A DNA stretch of 52,104 nucleotides, the filler included, from Squatina squatina (lineage: Eukaryota), in assembly GCA_031763465.1 (NCBI GenBank). It is 2 parts of 2 records of this genome, joined end to end, with 100 filler letters (N's around TTAATTAATTAA, not from the genome) between each part and the next. Parts side by side here need not be neighbours in the genome. Positions count along the whole stretch, not along the records: positions 28,427 to 52,104 come from JARFOE010000058.1; 1 more part is not named here. One strand, given 5' to 3'. The translations under genes were made by a program, and so were the position numbers. The notes under the pieces were generated by a model. The model did not search any database. It had not been told where the DNA came from and was given only the letters and a program-made list of their open reading frames with translations. Of this stretch, positions 37,271 through 51,429 are shown piece after piece (positions within the stretch are counted from its first letter, which is position 1; the number at the start of each line of letters is the position of its first letter).

Positions 37271-38385
37271 CCAATCAAGCCTCTACTGTAGGAGTCTAGG
37301 ATTTACAAATACCTCTCCATCTGCAGAAACACCCTCGGTAATTAGCCTCTTGTTGATCTTGGGTTGTACCCATTTCAGCCATTTCAGGAGTACCTGAAGA
37401 CTGGGCAGGCCACAGCCAAGCTCTGGACCATAGACAACCCACAAGCAATGTCAGAGGAGGTCAACCAGTTTCTAATGGTATTGTCGAATGCATTCAAAGA
37501 TGGACTCAGTATTTTTCACTGCCAATAGCCACATTTGGTATTCAGAAATGGCTTCAGTGGAACGTCATTCAGTGGAATTGATTGGGCCTGGAGTCTGTGC
37601 AGCCATGAAACGGTTACTGCTCTGCTGCGAGTCACACAGAAAGAAGCAAAATAGTGCTTCAGTGCTGGGCACTCCTTCATAGCAAATGGCAATGTAATTC
37701 ACTCACAGACGTGGCATTCATGAATTATTGGCCCTTCACAGTCGTGAAGCAACGGCAGTAACTCACTGTCACCGGAGAGTGATCTTGTGTTTCCTTTAAC
37801 CCCATTACATGCTGACTTGCACAGGGAATTCATCTGAGTTACAGTTAAGCATCCTTACGAAAGATAATTTGAATGTTCAGAGCAGCCAATTACTTATATT
37901 GTTTCGAGGTGATTTGTTTTGCTGGCTTCGAGTCAGCCGTTTCCAATCAGATTGATGGCAGTCGGGAGAAATTGGATCTATTTCTTCGGAGTGTCTTGCT
38001 CCCATTAATGCACTTTGTAAATCACGATGAGCAGGTCACCACAGGAGCTGTAAAACACAGTTGTGTAGCATGACATAACCAGCGACAGAGAGAGAAAAAA
38101 ACAGTAATATAGGAATAAAATAAAGACAACAGGAGCTCCTGCTTCCAAGACAGTTTGTAAAAAAAACCTTGAAAACTGATGCAAATTATGCCTGCGTTTT
38201 GAAGGAAACACTGGTAAGTATGGAGTTCAATGGACAGACTTTGATGGGGATTGTCAAGGTCACTCATTCACAAGCATCTGAATAGNNNNNNNNNNNNNNN
38301 NNNNNNNNNNNNNNNNNNNNNNNNNNNNNNNNNNNNNNNNNNNNNNNNNNNNNNNNNNNNNNNNNNNNNNNNNNNNNNNNNNNNN

Positions 38386-38520
38386 CTCCGCCCAGTTCCA
38401 CATCGACATCTCGGTCCTTGGCGTCCTGCACTGCTCCAATGAAGCTCAACATAAGCTCGAGGAACAGTACCTCATCTTTCAATTAAACACGGAGTCCAAT
38501 AATTTCAACCACTGCCCCCA
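38386..38520 (+). mobile_element. Penelope-like retroelement 3' fragment
   Basis: LGVLHCSNEAQHKLEEQYLIF resembles the C-terminus of the Penelope GIY-YIG domain. Confidence 0.55.
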
Positions 38521-39369
38521 ATTTTTTTTTGGACAGCAGCTGTTGGTAATTGACCCTTATTATATCAGTTTGGAATAGATTTGTGAGCTGGGACAGTCCA
38601 CAAGCTGACCTGTATGGCTTTGATACACATTTTCATTGTCTGCAACCAGTGGTTCATAAAAAGTGAAAATTCACTGTTTTACAATACAACACAAGCATAA
38701 CAATTCCAAACTTTTTTCGTGAAGAAAAAAATCAAAACATCCGAAACATGATAAAACTTTATTTTTTTATTACTGAAGAGGATCCCAATTATTTTTTCTG
38801 TTTTAAAAATCTCAAAACCATGAAATGGAAAACAGCAACAGAATAACAAATACATTGACAGAAATGCTTAAAAGAGAAGTTTGGGTTTGTTACAGCCTTG
38901 GGACAAAAATCTCCAGATTTTCACAAGGAACCTTTTCCTATGCAAATCTACTACTTCTGGACATGCTACTCTGAAAGGGGAAGTAATACTTATACATCAT
39001 CTTTATTTATAGGCCACTGCAATTAAACTATGAGCGAGACAATTTCCCCAATCACGATAATCCAACCAACAGCAATCAGCCAATAGAACTGTCTGAAACA
39101 AGCAGAATGAGCATCCTGCATACATAATATTTCTGCACATAAATAATGGGTCTCCAGGGTTGCGAGGGAATCGGCTTTGCGTGCAAGGTTAAGTAAAGGG
39201 CATAGTTAGAAGTTTATTAAGGTCATTTCCAAATTGCTTTTCTTTTTTTTCAGCTGGCGAGGTTCTCATTAGCTTTTATTATTTGTTGCAATGCTTTTTC
39301 TCACCACCAGCAACAATGTCACCAATGGGTCCTCCGATGAAGAGGGATGTTCGGCAGGTGAGTGTCCAT

Positions 39370-39461
39370 CTGTCGAAAACCACATATACAGGCCAAAGGT
39401 GCACATACCTTACTTTGGCAGAGAATCAGTGAATGCAGAGGCACCCATTTCCAAGGGAGGC
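39370..39461 (+). mobile_element. Harbinger transposase N-terminal fragment
   Basis: IYRP/CTYLTLAENQ*MQRHPF resembles YRPRxxYLxLSExQCxRRLRF. Confidence 0.4.
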
Positions 39462-41474
39462 NNNNNNNNNNNNNNNNNNNNNNNNNNNNNNNNNNNNNNN
39501 NNNNNNNNNNNNNNNNNNNNNNNNNNNNNNNNNNNNNNNNNNNNNNNNNNNNNNNNNNNNNCTTTTAGCACAAGGTAAACTCTGAATCTTAATGAAGCCT
39601 ATATTCTTCTGATGAATAATTTATTATGTTAGGGTAACGTCCTCCCATGCCTTTTATTGCAATAAAATATTATTATTGATCCAAGCATTTTAAAAAGATC
39701 CAGTAATCATGATGAGAAGGATTTCTGGCTTGCCACTATCATAAATGTCCGGGTTAATTTTCAGCCTAACATAAATCGTAACATTTAGGAAAAAGGAAAG
39801 GTGCAAGATTAGATTTTTGTAAAAGAAAATGACTAAACTTATTTGAATAGGTTTGCAGCTAACACGGTGCAATGAAACCTATTATAAAGTAAATAATAAT
39901 GTAAAATTTATATCTTAGGAAAGTGATATGAAACATTTTTTTAAAAGATATATATATATATACTTGCCAATATTTTAAGAGCAACATTTTAAATGATTGC
40001 ATCAGTTCTTTGAGTCCCAAAAAAGATATTTTAGCTTTCGCTATATTTTTTAAATCTCATGTAGCACCTGCAAAAATTATTTCTGTATATTCCTGGTGCA
40101 GAGTAGAATCAGAGGATGTGCAGAATCATAGCTCANNNNNNNNNNATAAATAGAACCTTCAGTCTTGCGACATGTTTGAATTGGGATTTGAAAATCTCTC
40201 TGTGTTCTCAAGGTTTGTGCCATCGACAATCAAAACCTCAAAAAAAAACCCATGTAATGAGTTGTAAGAAGCAAAACACTTTATTTTGTATTGACGCTAG
40301 TCACTGAATCTAACTCCTAAAGGAAGCAGCTCCCCATCTCCATCCTCGACTCATCCAACGCTATAATGAATGCATCAGAGAACAATTTGCTGCTGTTCGC
40401 TAAACGGGGCATGTTACATGTGGGAGCTTGGTCAGGGCACTTTCTTCACAAGCTGTACTTCAATTTTATGCAAAGTCTCTGTATACTTTTAAAAAATTAT
40501 CATCATGAAATGTTCATCAAAAAAAAAATATTAACTTTAATGTACCTGAAACTGATTTTTTGATGCTGTGTGTAATATATCAATAAAAAGGCTTGCTGCA
40601 TTATATGCACTAAAACCAGGGCTCTGCATCACTTCTTCTGACACTCTAATTTATTTTGCCAGGATGACCTAATACTGCCACGTGGGTTTAGGATCTTTTT
40701 AATCAAAATAAATCCTCCCAGGATTTTGAACANNNNNNNNNNNNNNNNNNNNNNNNNNNNNNNNNNNNNNNNNNNNNNNNNNNNNNNNNNNNNNNNNNNN
40801 NNNNNNNNNNNNNNNNNNNNNNNNNNNNNNNNACCACAGGAACACAGAAGCAATTACTAGAATAGTCATGTTTATGTGGGTCCTATGTTATCACAACAGA
40901 TGAGATGTGAATACATGACCATTCAGTTTAACAAGGAGATCTTTTTGTATGTTATCACAACATTTCATTAACAAGCAAAGAGGTTGCAAGTATAGCAGTC
41001 CCTCAGAGACTGTTAGCATCTGGAGTGGGTGACATTAACTATCTCCTTGATATATGCCTTTCCCTCTCAATTGTTCGCAAAATAATTAGTAATTCAGCAT
41101 TAAAAGTAATGTGTTTTGCTTCGGAATACAAAGATGCTTCAAAAAGAGAATTGAAGTATGGGTATCTCCCTGTCCGAAGCCAGGAGTGATTTATGCGATC
41201 TGTCTCCCAGGATTAGAGAATATATATACCCTACAGGCAGCTGCTGAAACCTACTCGGTCTGCGCTTATTATTGAACACCTGTAGTCGATAGGAAAAGGT
41301 GGAGGTGGAGGTTTCAGGATTCACGCTAATTAAAGAAGGCTGCCAGTTGGCCAAAAACCCAAATCGGCAGCGATGGAGGTCTGGTGGAGTTGGGGGGTGG
41401 GGTGCCTTGGGGATGGAAGAGACAGATGCACATCATGTGAGAGCAAGCCCAGATGTAGGTGATGCAGTTGTGAA

Positions 41475-41607
41475 CTACTGGAAGTGAGCAGCAATGAGGT
41501 TATTGCACACCTCCCTTGTTGCATCCCTCCTGACCAGAGGTCTGCGAGCGCTAGCCCCTCTCACTGCCAACTCCTCCTCCTCCTCCTCCTCATCGGAATT
41601 CACGTCT
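41475..41607 (-). mobile_element. Harbinger transposase C-terminal fragment
   Basis: Acidic run followed by ATREVCNNLIAAHFQ*, typical of the Harbinger DDE protein end. Confidence 0.5.
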
Positions 41608-41989
41608 NNNNNNNNNNCCTGTGGGGGGCCACTTCCTAAATCTGTACCCCTTCTTAATGACTCAACTACCAAAACCCTTGGGAAATCTGCGTCACTTCAA
41701 TCTTCCAGGATTTCCTAGTCAGGTCATTAATATGCTGTTTGCATTATGCAATTTTTTTTTTTATTCCTCTTTAACAGTGATAATAAATTAATACGGGCTG
41801 AAGCATTTTGAGTGATGATGTCGCTGCAGAAGCACTAATGATACATAGCNNNNNNNNNNNNNNNNNNNNNNNNNNNNNNNNNNNNNNNNNNNNNNNNNNN
41901 NNNNNNNNNNNNNNNNNNNNNNNNNNNNNNNNNNNNNNNNNNNNNNNNNTCAGGTTTTGCAGTAGAAATAATGCGAGGTTATTAGGTGA

Positions 41990-42235
41990 AGGCAGCAGGC
42001 GTGTGGGAGCACCACCAAATGCAAGCTGTCCTCCAAGTCATACACCATCCTGACTTGGAAATATATTGCCATTCCTTCATCGTCGCTGAGTCAAAATCCT
42101 GGAATTCCCTCACTTTCACGGACTGCAGCGGTTCAAGGAGGCGGCTCACCACCACCTTCTCGAGGGCAACTAGGGATGGGCAATAAATGCTGGCCTTGCC
42201 AGTGATACCCACATCCCGTAATCGGATAAGTAAAA
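41990..42235 (+). mobile_element. LINE 3' tail (same family as 19300-19545)
   Basis: CTGACTTGGAAATATAT...GGGCAATAAATGCTGGCC is shared. Confidence 0.7.
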
Positions 42236-45200
42236 CAAAAGGCGCTATATTATTGCAAGTTCTTTATTTCATGCTTGATGATAATGGAAGATATTCTTAC
42301 AACGCCCTGAGGTATTACAGTCAGATCTAAATTCTTGTGATTTGATGTCCAAAGAAAGTCATCATTGGATTACCTCAAGCAAAGGCAACCTGAGATTGAA
42401 ACCGGCAGTACTTGGCATACAGAAGATTTCACCTTTAGCAGTGCAAAACCTCAATGAAAGGCTGTCAAGTAAAGAAACCCATCAAAGGTTAGTGTCCTTT
42501 TAAATTGAGCCAACTATTTTTTTCTCTCATCAAGCTAAAGATTCAGGCAGAATCGACTCACTTGGTATTCTATTAGTGACAGCTTCTAGAAAGCTCTTGA
42601 CAACTGTGGCTGATACAAAGTGACTGTTCAATTCTACTTTATCAAATGATTTGCCAGGAAGTTCATTGTCTAGTGGTTTGCTGCGCTGCTTTGCTGGTGC
42701 AATGCAATGCTGTGCCGTGGGATATCAGACAGCAGCTTGCATTTATCTAACTCCTTATCGTAGTAGTATGTCCCAAGGTCATAGTCTTCATAATTATTTG
42801 GAACGTACATCCAATTGCAAATAATTCTGTAATGTGTAATGCAATATAAAGAATGTTGCCAGTCGCGGAGGTANNNNNNNNNNNNNNNNNNNNNNNNNNN
42901 NNNNNNNNNNNNNNNNNNNNNNNNNNNNNNNNNNNNNNNNNNNNNNNNNNNNNNNNNNNNNNNNNNNNNNNNNCTCTCTGAAAAAAATGGGAGCGGTGGT
43001 GATGATCTGAAATTGTTGAACTCGATTTTGATTCCGGCAGGCTGTAAAGTGCCTAATCGAAAGAGGAACTGCTGTTCTTCGCACTTCCATCGATAGACAT
43101 CTTTATTTAGGCACAGGCTTCGCCTAGGTGCCTGAATAATGACATCGCTGACAATGCCGGCTTTTTTTTTTAAAGTTCAAACTATTGACTTCAAGACTTT
43201 TAAGATCATCGCTGCAGCAGCTGTTCAGTTGGAGTCTGCTTATTCCGATATATTTGATGGCACTCAAGCTGGCAGGAAGCCAACTTGCTCTGCGCAGAAG
43301 CTGAGATCAAAAAAATAGATTTAAGAAAACCAATTCAATTGTGTCAGACGCATGAAGCTATTTATTATAGGCAGTGGCATCTGTAATTGAATCTGCGGGA
43401 TCTGATGAAGACTAATTGTAGTCTGCTTGGTCAAACTGCAAGCGTCATGCTACAATGTCCAGGTTATCTCAGAGAGCAGAAGTTTTTGTGTTGCTCGCAG
43501 TCCAGTGAAGACTGTAACATATTCATCGCCACTTTTCAAACATTGAAGGGAGATATTACTGTGTGTATTTTTTGTCAGTCNNNNNNNNNNNNNNNNNNNN
43601 NNNNNNNNNNNNNNNNNNNNNNNNNNNNNNNNNNNNNNNNNNNNNNNNNNNNNNNNNNNNNNNNNNNNNNNNNNNNNNNNAGGATTGAGAATGAAACAGA
43701 GAAATGACAGAGAAATAGGGTGAACTAGAGTGGGTGAATTCATGTACAAATCAGGTACAGAAAGAGAAATAAAGAGATGTAAAGAAAGATTGGATTACAA
43801 GAGAGACAGAAAGGAAAATAATTTAAAAATTAAAAATGTGAATTTATAAAAATCTAAATAATTTACTACATGCAGAAATGAGACTCAACAGTTTAAATTG
43901 TTTCCTTTAGTGGCCGGAGAGATTGGTTNNNNNNNNNNCCAGCAAGTTCTTAAAAATATTGAGGAGGCTAAGGATGAGATACCATTTGCGAGAGGTAGAG
44001 TAAACCAACCAGCAAGTTCTGGAGATTCACAACTCATTGCATATCTCTTCATCCCCTGAACTTGCTGGCTGATTTGCACATTAATAATGGTGTGTGCCGT
44101 TATTTTTCCAGGAAGATTTGGCCCAATGTTCTCTCAAGTAAGGAATGAATGAGGAATTACAATCAATTGCTCAGCTGCTTCTGAATAGGCTTCCCTTGAA
44201 TTTAAAGATAAACTTTTTCAAAGGATATCAGCTTTTATTTGAGGATCGACTAAGGTTCAAGATTATTTGAATAGGTCCTCCTAAATACTCTTATCCAGAA
44301 AACACTATTTTAGCTCAACTTGTATATTTATATAACTGGTTTGATAAAAATCTGTTTCATGCAAATGTAGCTGAAAGAACTGATTTAGAGTGTTACATAA
44401 AATATCCAGCAGACAGGCAAAACAATCCAAAAGTAATCTAGTCTAGGCCCTTAATTCAATTTAATTGATATGAGCCAAAACAAATATGTGCACATAAATG
44501 GATTTGCACAGTGCTGATAAATAGAATCACACATGATGCAGTGCAGTCCCACAAATTCAAAGCTCATAAGCACTGAATTTTTAAAATAAACATTAAGTAG
44601 TCTTTCTCGTTCCAAAAGCATTATTAAAACTAGAAATGATGAGTACATTTACATGAATCTAAATTGAAATCAAATCAAAATTGTCAAAAAAAGGGTTGTG
44701 AACCGTTACAGCATTATCTTCTAATTCTGTAACAAGAAAATGTAAAAGCCATCCAACAGTTCAACTGTAGGATGTCAGAGAAGAGATAAATGTGGGTTTA
44801 GGGAGCTTCTGGCCGACTTATCAAACACCAGGGAATGCAAACGTCAAGCCAGATAAACATAGTGGAAACTGGTACTGTTGCTAAGATACTAGAGGTACGT
44901 GCTTGTTTGTCAGGNNNNNNNNNNNNNNNNNNNNNNNNNNNNNNNNNNNNNNNNNNNNNNNNNNNNNNNNNNNNNNNNNNNNNNNNNNNNNNNNNNNNNN
45001 NNNNNNNNNNNNNNTTATGTGGCTCAGTGTCACATTTTGTGGCACAATGTCCCTGTGCAGCACCTTGGACCATTTTGCTATTTTAAAGGCCTATATAAAT
45101 GCACATTATTGGTGTTGTGATGCGTTTCCTTGAACCGCTGCAGTCTGTGTGGGGAAGATACGCCTACAGTGCCATTAGGTCAGAAGAGGCAAGATTTTGA

Positions 45201-47245
45201 CCCAGTGAATGTGAAGGAACGGCAGAATCTACAGCATCGTATTCTTGCTTCGAAAACAAAAGCGCCTTTTTTTTTTAGCAGTACCTCCGTTAAAGAAGAA
45301 AGTTAGAACAACCTCCAACATTTATCGATCAACTGTGATTCTAATTAGATTCACTCACACATCTTCAGCGGCAATATGATTTTGTTCTCTCGCTGTTGTT
45401 TTATTTCCTGTGCAATTGCCAGCAACTTGATAGCATCATAGTCAATGATTATTAGGAAGCAATGAAGCATGATCTGGCACTCTCTAAGCATCTTGCACAC
45501 TTCCAGCTGCCAGGCAAACAAAGGCTTTAATATTCATGGACAGCAGGATTCATTCTAATTTGAGAACAATGCCATCAAAATTATGCATCTTCTCCCGAGC
45601 GCAGGACAATTAGCAGATGAAAGCTGCCAATTCGGATGTGGGCTAATCTATCTTTTCCGCAGGCTGAGTTCAATGAGTCCTCCGCTGTCAGTCACGACTC
45701 CTCACCCACAGTAGCAAAAATGCGATTTGGCTTTGGATGAAAAGGAAATTTATTGGACAACTCTGATGGCGGCACGCTCAGGTTTGAGCTGATGTATCTA
45801 GCACTCTGTCAGCAGATTTGAACCACAACGGGCAGAGGTGGTGAAACCTTGCTCCACTGGTTAATGTCTTATTCTTATTCTGTCAGACGCAGTTGACAGA
45901 GAGAGAGAGAGAGAGAAAGGTTATGTGGGACAGCTAAAGCAGACGCAAATTGCACTCAACACTCTGAAGCAGGAAATAACTCAGTTTTAGTCAGGCAAAC
46001 AATTGCATGACTTTCTACTATCTCCCAGACTAAAAGGCTTGCATTTCTATAAGCACCGTTCACAACGTCAGGATCTCTCAAAGTGCTTTACAACCAACGA
46101 AGTATTTCTGAAATGTGGTCACTGTTNNNNNNNNNNNNNNNNNNNNNNNNNNNNNNNNNNNNNNNNNNNNNNNNNNNNNNNNNNNNNNNNNNNNNNNNNN
46201 NNNNNNNNNNNNNNNNNNNNNNNNNNGTGCGCTGATGGATTCTGTAAGTCAGCCCGCCTGACAGTGTACTTGTGCAGTCTGTGGTGATTAAAGTCTCGCA
46301 AAAAAACTGTTTTTTTTTTAAATAATAATCTTCCCCTTTTGGCCAGCCAAGTGTATAATGAAGTGATAAGCCTGCCTGAGCAGCAGACAGTGCTTCAGAA
46401 CAAAGGAAGGCCAGTGTATTATTGCCAGCGTGTTGAATATGCAGTAAAATGATGTATTGTAAGTGGAGTGAAGTTCAGCATTTTCACAGCGAAGTCGATT
46501 ATTGCCAGATTTTGTTATGTATTTAATTCCTTTCAAATTGAGATAGTTTATAATAAAGTCGTGCAGAATTCAGACGGAAAGTACTTTTTCCATCATCTTA
46601 TTTTTCCATAAATGTAGAAAATTACATTAGAAATAAGTTTAAAATCTAGCTGATTGATTTTAGCAATGTAGAGAGATAATAACCCTTTTTCATCCATTAT
46701 ACTCAGTTCCCTCCTCCAGCGCCCCACACAAATGCTGATTGTAGGCATTCATGTGACCGTGCTTCTGTGAAAATAATTCTTTTGTATTCATTCCTGGGAT
46801 ATGAGCGTGGCTGGGAAGGCCAGCATTTATTACCCCTCCCTAATTGCCCTCGCAAAGGTGGTGGTGAGTTCCCTCCTTGTGGCCCACGCACAGGATACAC
46901 TGCACCAACTCGCCAAGGCTTGTCCGGCAGCACCTCACACACCCGCGAGCTCTATCACCTAGCGACGATAAGGGAACACCACCAACTCCAATTTCACCTC
47001 CAAGTCTTATATTGTCCTGACTTGGAACTATATCGGTCGTTCCTTCATCGTTGCTAGGTCAAAATCCTGGGACTCCCTCCATAACCGCACTGCGGCTGTC
47101 CCTTCACCTCAAAGGAAAGAAAGAAAAGAAAGACTTGGATTTATANNNNNNNNNNNNNNNNNNNNNNNNNNNNNNNNNNNNNNNNNNNNNNNNNNNNNNN
47201 NNNNNNNNNNNNNNNNNNNNNNNNNNNNNNNNNNNNNNNNNNNNN

Positions 47246-48058
47246 TCTTTGAGTCCTTCGATGCTGATTTTCCTGCAGCAGTGTTTATGTTGCCTCTGTC
47301 GTTTTTGGACTAAGTTGATGGAAATGATAGAGCAGATTAGTGGTCAGTCCAGCAGTCGTCGGCTCCTGTCATGGCGTGGGTGATGAGGACATCCTTGCGG
47401 TCCCTCACTTGAACAATGACGTAGTCTAGTAGGTGCCAATGCCTGGAGCGAGGGTGTTGCTCTAAGGTCTTGTACTTGTCTGGCCGATCAGAGATTTGCA
47501 TCCTTCGCAACTCTGGCATTGAAATCACCGAGGAGGATCAGCTTGTTTCCCTTTGAGACATGGGATAGGGATTGCTCAAGGCTGGAGTAGAATTCCTCTT
47601 TGGTCTCGTCCGTTGCTTCTAGGGTTGGGGCGTATGCGCTGATGACCATGGTGTACTGGTTCCGGGTTAGGGTGAGTCCAAGGGTCATGAGGTGCTCGTT
47701 TATCCCACAAGGTGACTCGCTGAGGTGCCCGACTAGTTCATTTTTCATGGCGAAGCCGACCCCGTGGAGACGGTGTTCTTCCTCTGGTTTCCCTTTTCAG
47801 AAGAAGGTGTGTCTGCTGCCTTGCGCCTTGAGCTGGCCTTCTCCTGCCCACTCAGGGCGGCGATGTCAATGTCATAACCTCTGAGTTCCTGGGCTATGAT
47901 AGCTGTGCGCCGTTCGGGTCTGTTGCTGTTGGGGTTCTGATGTTCCAGATCCCAAACTTCATTTTGAAGGTGTGGAAGACGCCTGTGCGTGAATTCTTTT
48001 AACGGGGGATGGCCATTGCACACCGGCTACCACACGGTCTTGGCCAAGCAAGGTCTTG
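47246..48058 (-). mobile_element. RTE-clade LINE 5' part (APE endonuclease), internally deleted
   Basis: ERRTAIIAQELRGYDIDIAALS, SAYAPTL..FYSSL..LILLGDFNARV, HPRSRHWHLLDYVIV and DCWTDH. Confidence 0.88.
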
Positions 48059-48159
48059 CNNNNNNNNNNNNNNNNNNNNNNNNNNNNNNNNNNNNNNNNN
48101 NNNNNNNNNNNNNNNNNNNNNNNNNNNNNNNNNNNNNNNNNNNNNNNNNNNNNNNNNNN

Positions 48160-48460
48160 GAACAAAAATCTAGCAATCTCAGTTTTGAAATTTTCAGTTG
48201 GCCCCCGGCCTCAACAGCTTTTGGGGGAGAGAGTTCCAGATTTCCACCACCCGTTGTGTAAGGAAGTGCTTCGTGACATCACCCCTGAGTGGCCTGGCTC
48301 TAATTTTAAGGTTCTGCCCCCTTGTCCTGAACTCCCCCCAAAAGAGGAAATAGTTTCTCTCCATCCACCCCAGCAAATCCTTTAATCATCTTAAACAACT
48401 CAATTAGATCACCCTTTAATCTTCATATATTCAAGGGAATACAAGACTAATCTATGTATA
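48160..48460 (-). mobile_element. CR1 LINE 3' fragment
   Basis: RTRGQNLKIRARPLRGDVTKHFLTQRVVEIWNSLP. Confidence 0.85.
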
Positions 48461-49109
48461 ATTTAACTATTTTAGCCACATTCAGAAACATTCTCATGCA
48501 TTACTCACCTTAATTTGAATATTAAAAGGAATCTCTTGGCATGCCTTCTAAAATCACTGTGAATACTACTGAAATTTCCATTCAGGAGACAAAATAAAAG
48601 ATTGGGACACACAAGTGCATATTTTTGTCAAACATAATTGTTAGACAATTAGGCCCATTGTATTTAACCCTGTCAAACAAAATGTGCCCTTTTCAGCCTA
48701 CTTTGATTTAATAATTCAATGTTTAAAGTTGGCACCCTTCACACTGTTATTATGCGTAACTGCAGGCTGCAAAAGGTAATTTACATTAAACAAGGGACAA
48801 TGTATTTCTTACTGTTTAATTCACTGCCCCTTCTCTTCCAGGAATGCCCACCTTGAGGAAGTTCTGCTCTTCCCTCAGACAGGATTTCCGTTTATCTCTT
48901 CTACCTTGTTCATCTTCACTGCTTTCTCTTCTCACGTTTAATCAGGTATCTACCAAAACTCGCTTCCACAGCCACTTTTCTCAGCAACTGTTTCTGGCTC
49001 CGACTTAATNNNNNNNNNNNNNNNNNNNNNNNNNNNNNNNNNNNNNNNNNNNNNNNNNNNNNNNNNNNNNNNNNNNNNNNNNNNNNNNNNNNNNNNNNNN
49101 NNNNNNNNN

Positions 49110-49400
49110 ACATTAAACCAAGATCCCCATCTGCCCTCTCAGGTGGATGTAAAAGATCCCATGGTACTATTTTGAAGAAGAGCGGGGGAGTTCTCCCTGG
49201 TGTCCTGGTCAATGTCAACCAACATCACTAAAAAAAAGATTATCTGATCATTATCACGTTGCTGTGTGTGGGAGCTTGCTGTGTGCAAATTGGCTGCCAT
49301 GTTTCCTACATTAAAATAGTGACTACACTTACAAAGTATTTAATTGGCTGCAAAAGGTCCTGAGGTCATGAAAGATGCTATATAAATGCAAGTTTTTCTT
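49110..49400 (+). mobile_element. Deu-domain SINE (SacSINE1/AmnSINE1-like) body and tail
   Basis: CTGCCCTCTCAGGTGGATGTAAAAGATCCCATGG..GAAGAAGAG..GTTCTCCCTGGTGTCCTGG matches the Deu core as I recall it. Reverse-oriented tails lie at 46030-46126 and 50090-50273. Confidence 0.75.
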
Positions 49401-51429
49401 TTTAAGAATGATGCGCCGATGTTGAATTTAGGCCATGTAATATTCAGATATCCAAACACTCTCTCAGTCTCTCTTGCTGGAAGTGGCTGCTAATGTTGGA
49501 TGGAAGCTTTACGAACAAGGGACAGTGCAATAATTGCACAATACTAATGTCTAACCTTTTGCTGAAAGCAGCCTCCATCATTGATGAGAATGGGCAGGAC
49601 CAAACAGCCACAAGTGTGGGGAAACAAAGGCTCCTTAAGATTCATGTTACCATGTACTTATAGCTCCGGAAAAGCATGAATCACGCACAAGAGCAGAAAT
49701 AATGGAACAAAGGATTGTTCTTTTGTGACTTTCCATACGCCTACCACTTAATCAAAAGACGGCAGCAATGTACAGTAGCAAGGTACAAGAAACAATCGCT
49801 GTTCAGAGGCCTCGAGACAGTGACAATAGTATTTGAAGAGCTATTGTGTGAATTGACTTCATCAACAATGGAAAGAGACTTATATTATCTGAAGGCAGTG
49901 GGGCAGAACATCGAGGTGACAAGGTAATGAAGTGTGCCAATCAATCCTACATTTATTTAGTGCAACTGCCATGCTCAATACAGTACTTGGCACATTACTA
50001 GTCGTAAGTGTTGGAAGTGGATAGAGAACAGTCATTACATGCATGCACACTATGATTGCAACCTGGCCAATATATTGTTCCTTCCCAGAGAAAAAAAGAT
50101 TTACATTTATATTGCGCCATTCACCAACACCGGACTTCTCAAAGTGCTTTAAAGCCAATGAAGTACTTTTGGAGTGTAGTCACTGTTGTAATGTAGGAAA
50201 CACAACAGCCAATTTGTGCACAGCAAGCTGCCAAAAACAGCAATGTGATAATGGCCAGATCATCTGTTTTTGTNNNNNNNNNNNNNNNNNNNNNNNNNNN
50301 NNNNNNNNNNNNNNNNNNNNNNNNNNNNNNNNNNNNNNNNNNNNNNNNNNNNNNNNNNNNNNNNNNNNNNNNNTACCAACTTACCCCAAACCCAAGTATT
50401 TTAGGACCATAAAGTTTAGATCCACCTTCTCATTAATTGGGCTGCATCATCCCTCACTGCCACCAACAGGTCTTGACGTTTGGATTTAAGCAGCGCAAAG
50501 GACAAACCCCTTTCCCAAACTCCAGGCTTAGGAGTTGCAAACTAGCGAGTAAGAATAATATTATGCAGTAAATCAAATTGACTTGCATCTACTGCAAGGC
50601 CTAGGATCCCAGGGATGCTGTGTGGAACCTGCAGTTTTAACCAATCGGAAATAAAACCTCATGGTGAAAATTGAACCAAACATCTGTTTTGGCAAAGTGC
50701 CCGAGGTTGCATCAAATATTGGGGGTGGAGAAAAATTAATGAAATGTTGGTAATCAATTAAAAATATACTTTAATTCACATTTAACCTCTATTTGCAAAA
50801 AGCAATTACTTGCTAACAGCATGCAGACTGATTATAGCAAACTGTGTACAGCGGGGCACTGCCAGAATCCCACTGCGAATGGGAAGAGGAGTTTCTANNN
50901 NNNNNNNNNNNNNNNNNNNNNNNNNNNNNNNNNNNNNNNNNNNNNNNNNNNNNNNNNNNNNNNNNNNNNNNNNNNNNNNNNNNNNNNNNNNNNNNNNAAT
51001 TTAACTTGTTGAAATCTCATTATTGTCGCCAAGGCTGGAGAGTTAGTAGCTGCAGTTGGTGATTTCCCAGCAATGGTGACCCTGAGCTGTGTTTGTGAAA
51101 ATACATCAGAGGTGCATCTCATTAGTAAAATTAATTTACAAGCTGGTGCTTAATCACTGCAGCTGTTGGTGCTTTAGAGAGGGACCATGAGGGGCTGAGC
51201 TTCAAGCTTCTTTTTAATACACTGTTAAATAAATTTCAATTGATTTTAATTTTCCAAAGGCATACTAGGACTTGGCTCCCCATCTGAGTGTGGACACCTC
51301 ATAAATATGTAGCATTGCTGCCCTGTGTGTTCAAAGGAAATGTTACATTTCCATATTGGCCCACACAATTTATCAGATTAAGAGCCAGCATCGATACACA
51401 TCTCTGATGACTCTGATTGCTGAGCACGT

